Of a stretch of 64,000 nt of DNA, positions 37,838 to 49,091 are shown in pieces. The number at the start of each line of letters is the position of its first letter. Position 1 is the stretch's first letter. The position numbers and the translations under genes were made by a program. The DNA comes from Smithellaceae bacterium (GTDB lineage Bacteria > Desulfobacterota > Syntrophia > Syntrophales > Smithellaceae), in assembly GCA_963667845.2 (NCBI GenBank), contig CAXXVL010000002.1, positions 1,728,001 through 1,792,000 of the forward strand, read 5' to 3'. The notes beneath the pieces were generated by a model. The model was not told the origin of the DNA. It saw only the letters and a list, made by a program, of their open reading frames with translations, and did not search any database.

Positions 37838-39136
37838 TCATTTTTTGCCGGGCTTATGGCGCACGCTTACCGAATTGGCGTGCGCATCGAGCCCTTCCAT
37901 TCGGGCAAACCGCTCCGTTGCGGAGGAGAGCTTCCGGAAAGCCGCGGGGGAAAAGGAGAGCACGCTCATCCGTTTGTAGAAGTCATAAACGCCCAGCGGC
38001 GAGGAAAAACGCGCCGTGCCCTCTGTGGGCAGAATGTGATTGGCGCCGGCCGTGTAGTCGCCCAGCGCCTCCGGGGTATAGGATCCCAGAAACACGGAAC
38101 CGGCATTGCGGATTTTCCCCACGACACGAGACGGCTTCTCGACCATCAGTTCCAGGTGCTCGGGCGAGAAGAGATTGGTTAGTTCCACGGCCTCGGTGAT
38201 ATCGGACGTAATGATGATCGCGCCGTACCGGGAGAGGGATTTCTTGATGATCCCTTTCTTGGGCAGAGCCAGGAGCTGCTTTTGAACCTCGGCGGCCACA
38301 GCGCGAGCCAGGTCGGGGTATGGCGTGAAGAGCACCGCGGCGGCCATTTCATCGTGCTCGGCCTGCGCCAGCATGTCCGCCGCGACGAACGCAGGATTGG
38401 CACTGCGGTCGGCGATGATCACGACTTCGCTGGGGCCGGCGATCATGTCAATGGCCACCTGTCCGAAGACGAGCTTCTTGGCGGCGGCGACATAGGCATT
38501 GCCGGGGCCGACGATTTTATCCACCCGGGGGACCGTCTCAGTGCCGTAGGCCAGAGCGGCAATGGCCTGCGCACCGCCGATCTTGAAGATGCGGTCAACC
38601 TGGGCGACATACGATGCTGCGGCGATGAGCGGATTCAAGCCGCCGTCTTTCACGGGACTTGCCAGAATGATCTCCTTGACACCCGCGAGACGCGCCGGGA
38701 TTGCCGCCATAAGCAGCGTAGACGGATAAAACGCCTTGCCGCCGGGCGCGTAAATGCCGGCCCGCGTAAGCGGGATGATCCGCTGGCCGAGCTCGACGCC
38801 TTTTTCATCCGTGACGGTGTAGCCCGTAGCGATCTGCTGCGCGTGATATTTTTCGATGCGCCGGGCGGCGAGTTTGATCACCTCCCAGTCTTCGGGGGCA
38901 ACGCGGCCCGCCGCCTCTTTCCTCTCCGGGTCCGTTACTTCGACGGTTTCCGCAGTGAGAGCGCAGCCGTCAAACTTTTGGGTATAATGAAAGAGCGCTT
39001 CATCGCCGCGTGTCGAAACCTCATGGATGATGTGGGCGACAGAAGCCAGGAGATCCGGCGTGAATGCACCGCCGCGCCTGCGCAGGGCCTGGAAGAAGCT
39101 CCGAAATTCATTTGCATCGGATCGAATGATTTTCAT
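37838..39136 (-). CDS. hisD: Histidinol dehydrogenase
   Basis: GPGNAYV, IDMIAGPSE, QAEHD, PEHLE and NHILPT motifs. Confidence 0.97.
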   Translation of the reverse strand: MKIIRSDANEFRSFFQALRRRGGAFTPDLLASVAHIIHEVSTRGDEALFHYTQKFDGCALTAETVEVTDPERKEAAGRVAPEDWEVIKLAARRIEKYHAQQIATGYTVTDEKGVELGQRIIPLTRAGIYAPGGKAFYPSTLLMAAIPARLAGVKEIILASPVKDGGLNPLIAAASYVAQVDRIFKIGGAQAIAALAYGTETVPRVDKIVGPGNAYVAAAKKLVFGQVAIDMIAGPSEVVIIADRSANPAFVAADMLAQAEHDEMAAAVLFTPYPDLARAVAAEVQKQLLALPKKGIIKKSLSRYGAIIITSDITEAVELTNLFSPEHLELMVEKPSRVVGKIRNAGSVFLGSYTPEALGDYTAGANHILPTEGTARFSSPLGVYDFYKRMSVLSFSPAAFRKLSSATERFARMEGLDAHANSVSVRHKPGKK

Positions 39137-39137
39137 C

Positions 39138-40388
39138 TTATTGTTTCACCCTTTTGATGTCCGCCCCCAGTGCGGAGAATTTCTTTTCAATCGTCTCGTA
39201 GCCGCGGTCGATATGATAGACGCGTGAAATTTCCGTCGTCCCCTGGGCGACGAGCGCCGCCAGAATCAGGGAGGCGGAGGCCCGCAGGTCCGTGGCCATG
39301 GTTTGCGCGCCGTACAGGGTGGGGACGCCGCGCACGATGGCGCTGCCGCCCTGGATCACGATGTCGGCACCCATGCGCATGAGTTCGCTCACATGCATGA
39401 AACGGTTTTCAAAAACGGTTTCCGTAATGACGGAAAGGCCGCTGCCGATGCACATGTAGGCCATGATCTGCGCCTGAAGATCCGTAGGGAAACCGGGATG
39501 GGGGAGAGTCTTCACGTCCACGCTGCTGATCTTCTTGCCGGCCTTAACACGAAGTCCGCCCTCGATCGGCGTGATTTTCATTCCCGTATCGCGCAGTTTG
39601 TTGATCAGCGCCTCCAGATGCTGCGGGACACAACCCAGGACATTGATTTCGCCGTGGGTCATGCCGGCGGCAATCATAAATGTGCCGGCTTCAATCCGGT
39701 CCGGAATGATTGCGGCTTCCACGGCGTTGAGAGATGTTACGCCGGTGATGGTGATGACGTCCGTCCCGGCGCCGCTGATCTTTGCGCCCATGCCTATGAG
39801 GACGTCCGCCAGATTGACGATTTCCGGTTCGCGCGCGGCATTATTGAGAACCGTCGTACCGCAGGCCAGTGTCGCCGCCATCATGATATTCTCCGTGCCC
39901 GTGACCGTCGGCAGATCAAAATAAATATCCGCTCCTCTCAATTTATCCGCTTTGGCTTCAATGTAACCGCCGTGCAGCTCCACAGTGGCTCCCATATCCT
40001 GAAGCGCCTTGATATGCAGGTTGACCGGCCGGGCACCGATGGCACAGCCGCCCGGAAGGGAAACACGCGCCCGGCCCATGCGCGCCACCAGGGGTCCGAG
40101 GACGAGAATGGACGCCCGCATGGTTTTGACCAGATCGTAAGGCGCAACGCAGTTGGTCAGCTTTTCGCCGCTGATCTGAACGGTGCTGCCGCCTTCAATT
40201 TCCATTCCCATATTGCGCAGCAGCTTATAAATGGTTTTGATATCGACCAGATCAGGAATGTTGGAGAACGTGCAGGTCCCTTCCGTCAGAAGCGCCGCCG
40301 TCAGAACAGGCAGAGCGGCGTTTTTCGCGCCGCTGATCCGAACATCACCCTCTAGCGGCTTGCCGCCGTGAACGACTATTTTATCCAA
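39138..40388 (-). CDS. murA: UDP-N-acetylglucosamine 1-carboxyvinyltransferase
   Basis: [26 protein letters not shown] and DLRA motifs; TTG start. Confidence 0.97.
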   Translation of the reverse strand: MDKIVVHGGKPLEGDVRISGAKNAALPVLTAALLTEGTCTFSNIPDLVDIKTIYKLLRNMGMEIEGGSTVQISGEKLTNCVAPYDLVKTMRASILVLGPLVARMGRARVSLPGGCAIGARPVNLHIKALQDMGATVELHGGYIEAKADKLRGADIYFDLPTVTGTENIMMAATLACGTTVLNNAAREPEIVNLADVLIGMGAKISGAGTDVITITGVTSLNAVEAAIIPDRIEAGTFMIAAGMTHGEINVLGCVPQHLEALINKLRDTGMKITPIEGGLRVKAGKKISSVDVKTLPHPGFPTDLQAQIMAYMCIGSGLSVITETVFENRFMHVSELMRMGADIVIQGGSAIVRGVPTLYGAQTMATDLRASASLILAALVAQGTTEISRVYHIDRGYETIEKKFSALGADIKRVKQ

Positions 40389-41243
40389 TTACTTTCTCCT
40401 TCCCAAGATGACGCGCGAAAGTCCCGCGTAATCGGTGCGTACTTCAATATGGCTGTAAGAACCATCATTTGTCTTCATGATCGACTGCACACTTTCACTT
40501 TGACTGGCGCCGATTTCGAGTAAAAGCCAGCCGTTTTCATTCAAATAACTATGTGCCTGATATATCAATTTTTCGTAAAATTCCACACCTGTTTGACCGG
40601 CCCGGAGCGCGAGCTTCGGTTCGAAATTTCTCACGCCTTGTTCCAAAGTTTCATATTCCGCTGCTCCGATATAAGGTGGATTGGAAACGATGATGTCAAA
40701 TGTGCCCTGAATCTGTTCGAATAAATCACTCACCTGAAAGATGATCGAATCGCCGAGACCCAGCAGGCGGGAATTTCTTTGGGCCACGGCCAGAGCCGCA
40801 GGTGAAATATCCGTGGCGGTGATTCGGGCATCCGGTATTTCTCTGGCCAGGGCAAGCGCAATGGCGCCCGAGCCCGTGCCGATATCCAGAATCCGCGGCC
40901 GGCTCAAGGCCTGTGCCCGGAAGACTGCCAGCGCTTCTTCGACGATCACTTCCGTATCCGGCCGGGGGATCAGAACGTTGGGGTTTACCTCCAGCGTGAA
41001 AGACCAGAAGGCTTTGACGCCGGTGATGTAGGCGACCGGTTCAAAGAGCAACCGGCGGGAAACCAGCCGTCCATAGGCTGCCAGTTGTTCGTCGCTTAGC
41101 TGCCTTTGGGGATTTTTGATAAAATCGATGCGATCGCAACCGAGACAAAAAGCCAGGAGCACCTCAGCGTCGAGCCTGGCCGAGGGGATTCCCGCCGCTT
41201 CCAGCTTCAGCGTCGTCCGATGGATAATGTCGCGAACCGTCAT
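40389..41243 (-). CDS. prmC: Release factor glutamine methyltransferase
   Basis: VLIPRPDTE, LDIGTGSG and SNPPY motifs. Confidence 0.96.
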   Translation of the reverse strand: MTVRDIIHRTTLKLEAAGIPSARLDAEVLLAFCLGCDRIDFIKNPQRQLSDEQLAAYGRLVSRRLLFEPVAYITGVKAFWSFTLEVNPNVLIPRPDTEVIVEEALAVFRAQALSRPRILDIGTGSGAIALALAREIPDARITATDISPAALAVAQRNSRLLGLGDSIIFQVSDLFEQIQGTFDIIVSNPPYIGAAEYETLEQGVRNFEPKLALRAGQTGVEFYEKLIYQAHSYLNENGWLLLEIGASQSESVQSIMKTNDGSYSHIEVRTDYAGLSRVILGRRK

Positions 41244-41262
41244 GGGGCACTCTTCCCTTTTT

Positions 41263-41790
41263 CTATATCAATACCTCAACCTGCGTGGCGCTGCCTTTAT
41301 AGGAATACTTGACGGTACAGCCCAGTTCCCTGAGGACCTGTTTCATGGCGCGGTTGGTGGAATCAATAATAGACACGAAGCGGGTGACGCCGTGTTCCCG
41401 GCCGATCGCAAAGAGCCCGCCCAGCATAAATTTCCCCAGGCCGCCGCGCTGCCAGTCGTCGCGAACGACGATGGCAAAGTCCGTGATCCGTTCATCCGGA
41501 TCATACCCATAGCGGGCGACGGCAATGAGTGCTGGCCGGCCGTCTTCCTCGATCGCGGCGACCAGGGCGAAATTGGTCGTGTAATTAATGTGTGTCAGCT
41601 GATGCAGCAGCTCTTCCGGGAGAGCATGGACGGGCCTTAAAAAACGCAGATAGACCGCATCAGGCGACAGTTTGTTCAATAAATCGACAACAAGATATTC
41701 GTCAGACTGCAGAATGGGCCTCAAAAATACGACTCTGCCGTCTTTCAGTTGAAAACTTGTTTCATAGTGAGCAGGATAGGCGTTATTCAT
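41263..41790 (-). CDS. GNAT N-acetyltransferase (resembles the GNAT domain of Pat acetyltransferases)
   Basis: LKDGRVVFLRPI..YLRF..VARY..AIVVRDDWQRGGLG. Confidence 0.85.
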   Translation of the reverse strand: MNNAYPAHYETSFQLKDGRVVFLRPILQSDEYLVVDLLNKLSPDAVYLRFLRPVHALPEELLHQLTHINYTTNFALVAAIEEDGRPALIAVARYGYDPDERITDFAIVVRDDWQRGGLGKFMLGGLFAIGREHGVTRFVSIIDSTNRAMKQVLRELGCTVKYSYKGSATQVEVLI

Positions 41791-41913
41791 GGTCCGGACT
41801 ATAGCGCATCTTCAAAAAATATCCAACGGTGATTGTGCTGTTGCCGGGGCGGCGTGATGGATTGTTCATTTAAGTGCGATAACCCGGATGAACGATTTTC
41901 TCAACGAAAGGAG

Positions 41914-44900
41914 TTACCCTTGCTTCGGAAGGGAAAAATAGAATGCTGCGCCTTCATTCACTTTGCCTTCGGCCCAGATCCGTCCCTTGTGCCGGTGAAT
42001 GATGCGCTGAGCAAGCGCCATGCCGACGCCCGTTCCTTCATATTCGGATGCATCATGCAGACGCTGAAAGACGCCGAACAATTTATCATGAAATTCCATG
42101 TCGAAGCCGACGCCGTTGTCCTTCACATAATAGACAATTTCTTTTCCCTCTTCATATCCCCCCGCTTCAATCATGGCCACATCCCGTGTCTTCGTAAACT
42201 TGATCGCATTGGCAAGGATATTGACTAGCACCTGCTTCACGAGCGCCCTGTCTCCAAATCCCTGTGGCATGTCCTTGATTTCGAAGTTCATTGCCCGATC
42301 GGGATAGAGGCTTTGCAGCTCCTGCCACGTCCTTTCAATCAACCGGCGGACGTCGAGCATTTTAGCGTCCAGATCCTGGCGGCTCAGCTTGGACAGGTCC
42401 AGGAGGTCGTCGATCAGCTTCCCCATGGATTTGACGCCGTCTTGCACCTGGTTGAATAGCCGCACGGTTTCTTCGTCAAAGTGATCCTTCTGCTTTCTCA
42501 GGATCATCTTGGAAAAGCCGTCGATAGCCCGAAGCGGTGCGCGCAGATCGTGCGATACGGAGTAGCTGAAGCTTTCGAGCTCCCGGTTCGCGGCTTCGAG
42601 ATTTGCCGCGTATTCCCTGAGCGCTTCCTCTGACCGCTTGCGCTCCGTAATGTCGTGCGCGATGACGAGGATCGAGCCGGGATGGTCTTTGCCGAGCCGG
42701 GGCATGACATTGAGGGAGCCGTAAATGATGCTGCCGTCTTTCCGTCGGACGCGGTACTCCACCTCGGGGTCAATTTTTTCGCCGGCCATCTGTTTCCTGA
42801 CCCGTTCGCTGAAAAGTGCGCGGGCTTCCTCGTCGAGGAGCGCCGCCGGACCGATCGCGAATAATTCTTCCCGTGTATAGCCCAGAACCTGACACAGCGA
42901 TTCATTGACGCTCAGGAAGCGATTGCCCGGCAAGTCCACTTCATAGATGCCCGTCGGGGCGTATTTGATGAGGGCATTGGCCCTGGCTTCCGATTCGATG
43001 AGCGCCTTTTCGACTTTCTTGCGCTCCGTGATGTCGTTGAACAGAACGGCGACGCGGCGGTCCCGCGGATCGCCGATCCGATGGGCAAACACTTCATACC
43101 AGCGGTTCAGCGCCCTGGCTTCATTTTCAAAGCGCACCGGTTCGCCCGTTTTGGCGACTCTTCCATAGATTTCGAACCAATAAGCCTCAATGTCCGGAAT
43201 CAAGTTGCTGATGTTTTTCTCCTGAACGTCATGCAAGCCGGTTTGTTTTTCGAACGCCGGATTGGTCTCCAGAAAGCGGTAATCCACGGGGCGGTTATCG
43301 GCATCGAATAACACTTCGATGATGCAAAACCCTTCGGTCTGAGTGTTGAAAAGCGTGTGATAACGCTCTTCCGCTTCCTTGAGCTTGGAGAGATCATTCC
43401 CGATAGCGAGGAGTTCCTTGAGATTACCCTGGTTATCGTAGATGGGCCTGTTGGTCCAGGACATCCAGACCAGGCGGCCGTCCTTGCACAAGTTTTGATG
43501 AACATTGGTGGGGTATTTCTCGGGATGCTCTTTGAGGTCCTGTAGCATTCCGGCAATGTCAGCGCCCTTGGAGTCCGTCCGGGGAATGATCGTGCCGACT
43601 GCGCCGCGGCCGATGATTTCCTCCGCGGTATAGCCGAAGAATCGCAGTCCGTATTGGTTCATGAAGGTGATGCGCATGTCCTTATCGGCCCGCAGGATAA
43701 CGCTTCCGGATCCCTCCACAAGGTCGCGATACTGCTCGCGGCTTTCCGTCAGCGCCTCTTCAGCCGTTTTGCGTTCCGTAATGTCCTGCACGATGCCCGT
43801 TACGCTATGCGGCCTGCCGCTTTCGTCCCGGTGGTGGCTTCCCGTGGCCCATATCCAGCGGATTTGACCGTCGGCACGCCGGATGCGGCAGTCAAAATTC
43901 CAATCCTCACCGGTAGCGATGGACTTCTGAAATTTGGCATCAACCGCACTGCGATCTTCCGGGAGGACATGCTCCAGGAAAATTTCATAGCTCCACTCCG
44001 GCAGCAGCTCCGAGTAGCCGAAGATGCGATCGTGCTCGAGCGACCGCGAGGCGCCGTGATCATTCAGGTTAAGCTGCCAGGCGCCCGTGTGGCTGGTTTC
44101 CAGGGCGTATCGCAGCCGCTCCTCGCTTGCCTGCAGCGCCGCTTCGGCCATCTTGCGTTTGGTGATGCTACGTCCGTAAATACGGATTCTCCGGGAATCT
44201 TCCATAAAGCGCATGGTCTGACCGTACCACTTGTCGCCGATCTGAACTTCCCGCGCTTTCAGATCCATTCCACCATTAAAAGGCGTGGGTGAAGAATGTT
44301 CCCAACCGGCAAACCAGGGATGGGCAAATCCCTTTTCGCGAAGGTCGGGGAACAGGATTTCGGAAACGGGGTTCATGAAATGAATGACCCCGTCCAGATC
44401 GATTTCGGTGACCGGGTTAGGATTCAGCATAACGAACGACGCCACATGCGCCATTTCCGCCTGTGCCTGTCTTTGTTTTGTAATGTCGCGAAAGACAAGT
44501 ACGGCGCCCAGAGTTATGCCGGCCTTGTCGATGATCGGCGCGCCGCTGTCGTCAATGGGGATCTCCTTGCCGTCTTTTCTGATAAGCAGCGTATGATTGG
44601 CCAGACCGACAATCGTGCCTTCGCGCAGGATCCGGGCGACGGGGTCTTCCACCTTGCGCCGTGTCCGTTCATCGATAATGCGAAATACGTTTGTCACCGG
44701 CTGGGCCATGACTTCGCTTACGGACCAACCCGTGAGTTGTTCCGCCACGGTATTCATGAATGTGATCCGGCCCTCGGCATTGGCGACGATGACGGCATCG
44801 CCGATGCTGGCCAGGGTGGTCGCCCAGCGCTGCTCGCTGCGCTTGCGCTCCGTCACATCCCGCGCGACGGAAACGGAGCCGACAATAGTGCCTGCTGCAT

Positions 44901-46956
44901 CCCGGACCGGCGATGAACTTACCCGCCGGTATCTGAGTTCGCCGCTGGCGGGCGTCCGGATGATCTCTTCCTCGTTGCGAACAAGTTCACCGCGCAGCGC
45001 GCGCAGGGGCGGCGCTTCCTCGACGGGTCGAATGCTGCCGTCGGAGCGATACACTTCCAGGCTGGCGGCAAACTTCTCCACATCCAGGGTGTCGTCCGCA
45101 AGCCCGAACTCCTGCAGTGCCGATGGATTGACCAGGGTAAACCGCTTCTCGGTGTCCGCCAGCCACACTTCGTCGCTGATGCTATCAACCAGGGCCGAGA
45201 GCTTGTCTTTTTCCTGCCGGATGGCGTCCAGCAAACTTCGGGCTTCCTCTTCGGTTTTCTTGCGCTCCGTAATGTCGAAATTCACGCCCATGAACCGGAC
45301 AGCCCTTCCATCTGCCGCCGTTTCATCACCGTCCGGATTGCCCGCGAAGACAAACCGGCCTTTGCCGGCCATCCAGCGTTCCTGTCCGTCGGCGCGGATA
45401 ATCCGGCACTCGACGTCTAATCTGCCGGTTTGCTTGGCCATCTCCCATTGCGTGCTCATCATTTCCACGTCGTCGGGGTGAACGAAACGGAAGAAGGTTT
45501 CCGGACCGTCCGGGGCGTCGCCGGGATGGAGTCCGAAAAGCTCAAATTCGGTTTCGTTCCAGTGAGATTCTCCCGTCAGCAGGTCAACCTCGAACGTACC
45601 CAGGAAATTGGCCTGGAGGATCAGTCTGAGCCGCTCTTCGCTTTGCCGAAGAGCATCCTCGGCGCGCTTACGCTGGGTGATGTCCACCAGGGCATGAACG
45701 GCGCCACGCGGCTGCCCCTCATTGGTATAAAGAGGCGTGCCGTAGCCCAGCACATGGCGGACGGTACCGTCTTCAAAGACGAGACTGAATTCGAAGTCCT
45801 TTACGGCAGTGCCGCGGGCGGCCCGCTGCGCGGGCAGCTCATCGTTTTGTAACTCGCGTCCGTCCTTTACCGCCCGGAAATGCCGCGGCCGGATATCGGC
45901 GGGAGCGGTGAGAGAGGTCTCTGATAGTGGAGACACTTTCAGGAGTTCATCCGCGGCCCGATTGGCGGTGAGGTGAAGACATTCCGGATCCTGAGCGATG
46001 AAGATCGGCGTGGGGACGGCATCCAGAAATGCTTCGAGTTCCATGGCCCTTTCGCGCTCGTGGCGTTCGCTCTCGCGAAGGGCTTCCTCGATCCTCTTGC
46101 GTTCTTCGATTTCATCTTCCAGGTCCTCGGTTCTTTCCCGAACCTTATCTTCCAGATTTCTGCGGATTTCACGAAGGTCGAGTTCCGTCTTGATAAGCTC
46201 CGTGACATCGCGGGCTGCCGCGAAAACGCCCTGAACTTCGCCTTTTTCATCGGCGTAAGTCGATGCGTTATAAAGCACGCTTGTTACCTGTCCGGACGTA
46301 TGCCGCATTTGCAGCGGATAGTCTTTAACCGACCCTTCCAGAAACGCTTTCTGATATCCCGCCCGGGCTTTTTGAGGTTCCGTAAAGTAATCCGCAAAAT
46401 CCTTGCCGACAAGTTGATCCCGTGGAACTCCGGTAATTTTCTCGGTGGCTCGATTCACATCCATGATTTTTCCATCGGGACTGATCGTGACCAGCGGATC
46501 AAGACTGGCCTCGATGAGACTGCGCGAATAGCGGGATGCCGCCCGCAGTTCCTCTTCGGCATCTTTACGCGCCCGATGCTCCGTGGCTTCCGCAAGGGCT
46601 CTCCGGACGGCGGGGGCGAGCCTGCTTAAGCGGCTCTTCATGACATAATCTTTAGCGCCGCTGGTCAATATTTCTATGGCGCGGTCTTCACTGACGGCGC
46701 CCGTTACAAGAATAAAGGGAATATCGGGCGAGCGCCTTTTGGCTTCGGCCAGCGCCAGGGCGCCGGAATATTGGGGAAGATCATAGTCGGAAAGAATGAG
46801 ATCGGGCGCAAAGTCCTGAAGGTTGCGGACAAAATCATTTTCCTTGATCACCACGCAAGCGGTGAAGGGAATGCCGGCCTCCGTGAGTTCAAACTGAACG
46901 AGTTCGGCGTCGGCCGGATTATCTTCGAGGATAAGAATACGAAGGGGCTTGTCCAT
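41914..46956 (-). CDS. Cytoplasmic multi-PAS sensor histidine kinase (REC, about 10 PAS/PAC, HisKA, HATPase)
   Basis: N-terminal receiver, repeated DITERK PAC ends, SVSHDLRAPL H-box and GTGVG G-box. Confidence 0.95.
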   Translation of the reverse strand: MDKPLRILILEDNPADAELVQFELTEAGIPFTACVVIKENDFVRNLQDFAPDLILSDYDLPQYSGALALAEAKRRSPDIPFILVTGAVSEDRAIEILTSGAKDYVMKSRLSRLAPAVRRALAEATEHRARKDAEEELRAASRYSRSLIEASLDPLVTISPDGKIMDVNRATEKITGVPRDQLVGKDFADYFTEPQKARAGYQKAFLEGSVKDYPLQMRHTSGQVTSVLYNASTYADEKGEVQGVFAAARDVTELIKTELDLREIRRNLEDKVRERTEDLEDEIEERKRIEEALRESERHERERAMELEAFLDAVPTPIFIAQDPECLHLTANRAADELLKVSPLSETSLTAPADIRPRHFRAVKDGRELQNDELPAQRAARGTAVKDFEFSLVFEDGTVRHVLGYGTPLYTNEGQPRGAVHALVDITQRKRAEDALRQSEERLRLILQANFLGTFEVDLLTGESHWNETEFELFGLHPGDAPDGPETFFRFVHPDDVEMMSTQWEMAKQTGRLDVECRIIRADGQERWMAGKGRFVFAGNPDGDETAADGRAVRFMGVNFDITERKKTEEEARSLLDAIRQEKDKLSALVDSISDEVWLADTEKRFTLVNPSALQEFGLADDTLDVEKFAASLEVYRSDGSIRPVEEAPPLRALRGELVRNEEEIIRTPASGELRYRRVSSSPVRDAAGTIVGSVSVARDVTERKRSEQRWATTLASIGDAVIVANAEGRITFMNTVAEQLTGWSVSEVMAQPVTNVFRIIDERTRRKVEDPVARILREGTIVGLANHTLLIRKDGKEIPIDDSGAPIIDKAGITLGAVLVFRDITKQRQAQAEMAHVASFVMLNPNPVTEIDLDGVIHFMNPVSEILFPDLREKGFAHPWFAGWEHSSPTPFNGGMDLKAREVQIGDKWYGQTMRFMEDSRRIRIYGRSITKRKMAEAALQASEERLRYALETSHTGAWQLNLNDHGASRSLEHDRIFGYSELLPEWSYEIFLEHVLPEDRSAVDAKFQKSIATGEDWNFDCRIRRADGQIRWIWATGSHHRDESGRPHSVTGIVQDITERKTAEEALTESREQYRDLVEGSGSVILRADKDMRITFMNQYGLRFFGYTAEEIIGRGAVGTIIPRTDSKGADIAGMLQDLKEHPEKYPTNVHQNLCKDGRLVWMSWTNRPIYDNQGNLKELLAIGNDLSKLKEAEERYHTLFNTQTEGFCIIEVLFDADNRPVDYRFLETNPAFEKQTGLHDVQEKNISNLIPDIEAYWFEIYGRVAKTGEPVRFENEARALNRWYEVFAHRIGDPRDRRVAVLFNDITERKKVEKALIESEARANALIKYAPTGIYEVDLPGNRFLSVNESLCQVLGYTREELFAIGPAALLDEEARALFSERVRKQMAGEKIDPEVEYRVRRKDGSIIYGSLNVMPRLGKDHPGSILVIAHDITERKRSEEALREYAANLEAANRELESFSYSVSHDLRAPLRAIDGFSKMILRKQKDHFDEETVRLFNQVQDGVKSMGKLIDDLLDLSKLSRQDLDAKMLDVRRLIERTWQELQSLYPDRAMNFEIKDMPQGFGDRALVKQVLVNILANAIKFTKTRDVAMIEAGGYEEGKEIVYYVKDNGVGFDMEFHDKLFGVFQRLHDASEYEGTGVGMALAQRIIHRHKGRIWAEGKVNEGAAFYFSLPKQG

Positions 46957-47190
46957 GTTATCTCTTTCAGGGCCGCGAAGTCAGAGCGACAGTTTGTCTA
47001 CGAATGGAGCGAGAATATTTTATAAAATATGCCTTGATGTTTGTAAAGAGTTTTCGAATCATATTGAATTTCCGATTCTTCCCCCGCAAAGCCTGCGGCA
47101 TCTATCCATTGTCATCGATGCGTTGCACCTTTCGCGCAACTGTATACTATCATCAATGATGATCAATGCAATGCGCATAAGGTGGTAGCT

Positions 47191-47400
47191 TTATGGTAGG
47201 TAAAACCTATCAAAACCCTTATTAGCGCTGTCGCGATATTTTTGAATAGGACTTCGAAAATTTACCCCAACCTGTTTGGAGAAATCGAGTTTAGAATAGA
47301 GCGCAGAGGGGGAGAGCGTCGGTAAGTAAATGGCCAGGCCATACGAATTTTTGACCGCAGCTCCTTTGCGTGCCGATCGGATAACGATGCCGTCGGGCCG
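47191..47400 (-). pseudogene. Possible C-terminal fragment of a clostripain-like peptidase
   Basis: SYGLAIYLP..YSKLDF resembles the C-terminus of peptidase C11-like proteins; no upstream coding part. Confidence 0.35.
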
Positions 47401-47552
47401 CAAACCGCATTCACGACCTTCCGGCACGCACCCCGTACCTCCCTGCCCGGGCCGCCGCCTTCAATTATTTCATTCGCACATCGTGAAAATCATAAGAGAT
47501 ATTGTTTTGATGAATTATTTACACCAGGCCTTTTATCTTTTCAATGGTCTTT

Positions 47553-47651
47553 TTAATCCCGCTTACGCGGGACGAGCGTTAATTCTGCATAGCTTGCTGC
47601 GAAATAATGACGTTTATTTCATATCTCGACAGCTTGCGCGAGGTGGTTGAT
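47553..47651 (+). repeat. Dispersed intergenic repeat family, long copy C
   Basis: TTAATCCCGCTTACGCGGGACGAGCGTTAATT..GCTTGCTGCGA..TCTCG..GCGCGAGGTGGTTGAT. Confidence 0.8.
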
Positions 47652-47796
47652 CGGTTCGAGGCGGGCGTCTGTCCGGGGAGAAATTTTTCTAAAAAAAATC
47701 GGCTATTCTTTCGACAAGACATCATGCCGATTTGAGGGAAAACAAAGACAGTGGGTCTTACGACTTTAAGGATGGAGAAAAGGACAATGCGCAGGA

Positions 47797-48492
47797 TTAT
47801 CTGGTGCGCTCGCCGAAGATCGCGCGGCCCACGCGGATGATGGTGGCGCCTTCCTCGACGGCTACTTCAAAATCGTCGGTCATGCCCATGGAAAGTTCAT
47901 CCATGGAGATGTTGGGAATGGCGGCGGCCCTTATCTGATCGCGCAGTCCGCGCAGGGACTGAAAATAAGGGCGGGAGGTTTCCGGCTGATCGGAATAGGG
48001 CGGCATGGTCATCAAGCCGCGCACCTGCAAATGGGGCAGCGTGGCAATCTGCCGGACAAGTTCGAGAACCTGTGGAGGTTCGGCGCCGCTTTTGGAGGCC
48101 TCGCCGCTTAGGTTGACTTCGACGAGGACGTTCAATGTCCGGCCGTTTTGTCCCGCGCGTTTATCCAGTTCATGCGCCAATTCCTGCCGGTCCACGGAAT
48201 GAATCCAGTCAAACAGATTGACGACGTATTTGACTTTGTTGGTTTGCAGGTGGCCGATCATATGCCATTCAACGCCATGACCGATCACGGGGATTTTTTC
48301 GCGGGCTTCCTGAACGTAGTTTTCGCCCAGCAGCGTAATGCCCGCATCAATTGCCTGACGCACGCGGTCCGGCTCGACGGTTTTGCTCACGGCCATGAGC
48401 CGGATACTCTCCGGGTCGCGCCCCGCGCGGGCTGCGGCGCCGTTTAGGCGACGTCTGATCCCGGCAATATTTTCGGCGATGGATGTCGTCAT
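47797..48492 (-). CDS. yggS: PLP homeostasis protein YggS
   Basis: AVSKT, GENYVQE, WHMIGHLQTNK, LSMGM and RVGRAIFG motifs. Confidence 0.96.
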   Translation of the reverse strand: MTTSIAENIAGIRRRLNGAAARAGRDPESIRLMAVSKTVEPDRVRQAIDAGITLLGENYVQEAREKIPVIGHGVEWHMIGHLQTNKVKYVVNLFDWIHSVDRQELAHELDKRAGQNGRTLNVLVEVNLSGEASKSGAEPPQVLELVRQIATLPHLQVRGLMTMPPYSDQPETSRPYFQSLRGLRDQIRAAAIPNISMDELSMGMTDDFEVAVEEGATIIRVGRAIFGERTR

Positions 48493-48497
48493 AGCCT

Positions 48498-49091
48498 TCA
48501 CCTGAAATGGATGGCGTTTAAGATTTTCAACTCTTCCAATACTTCGCAAAGCGGCAGTCCGATGACATTGGTGTAAGAACCCCGGATCGCCTTGATAAAA
48601 GATGCTCCCTTGCCCTGGACGGCATAACCGCCGGCTTTATCGTACGGTTCATCAGAGTCCACGTACCAATCCATTTCTTCGGGACTGATTTCCTTGAAGG
48701 TCACAGCGGACCGGACGACTCTTGTCCGGGATATCCGGCGATCCGTATGGGCAAGGGTGAAGCCGGTAAAGACCATGTGTGTGCGATTGCTCAGCCGCTT
48801 AAGCATCTGGCGCGCCTCTTTTTCATTTTCAGGCTTGCCCAGAATCAGGCCGTCGATCACGACAATGGTATCTGCGCCCAGCACCAGGGCTTTCGGGTGC
48901 TGCGAGGCAATGGCCTTCGCTTTACCCCCGGAGAGTCTCCTGACATGCGTGCGCGGTGTTTCGCCGGCGAGATACGTTTCATCGATGTGCGCCGGGAGAA
49001 TCTTAAACTTTAACCCCATGGAGTTGAGGAGCTCTTCGCGGCGGGGAGAGGCGGAAGCTAAAATGAAAGGAGACGATAGCGAAACGGTCAT
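48498..49091 (-). CDS. maf: Maf nucleoside triphosphate pyrophosphatase
   Basis: ILASASPRR, GADT, DKAGGY and NVIGLP motifs. Confidence 0.96.
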   Translation of the reverse strand: MTVSLSSPFILASASPRREELLNSMGLKFKILPAHIDETYLAGETPRTHVRRLSGGKAKAIASQHPKALVLGADTIVVIDGLILGKPENEKEARQMLKRLSNRTHMVFTGFTLAHTDRRISRTRVVRSAVTFKEISPEEMDWYVDSDEPYDKAGGYAVQGKGASFIKAIRGSYTNVIGLPLCEVLEELKILNAIHFR

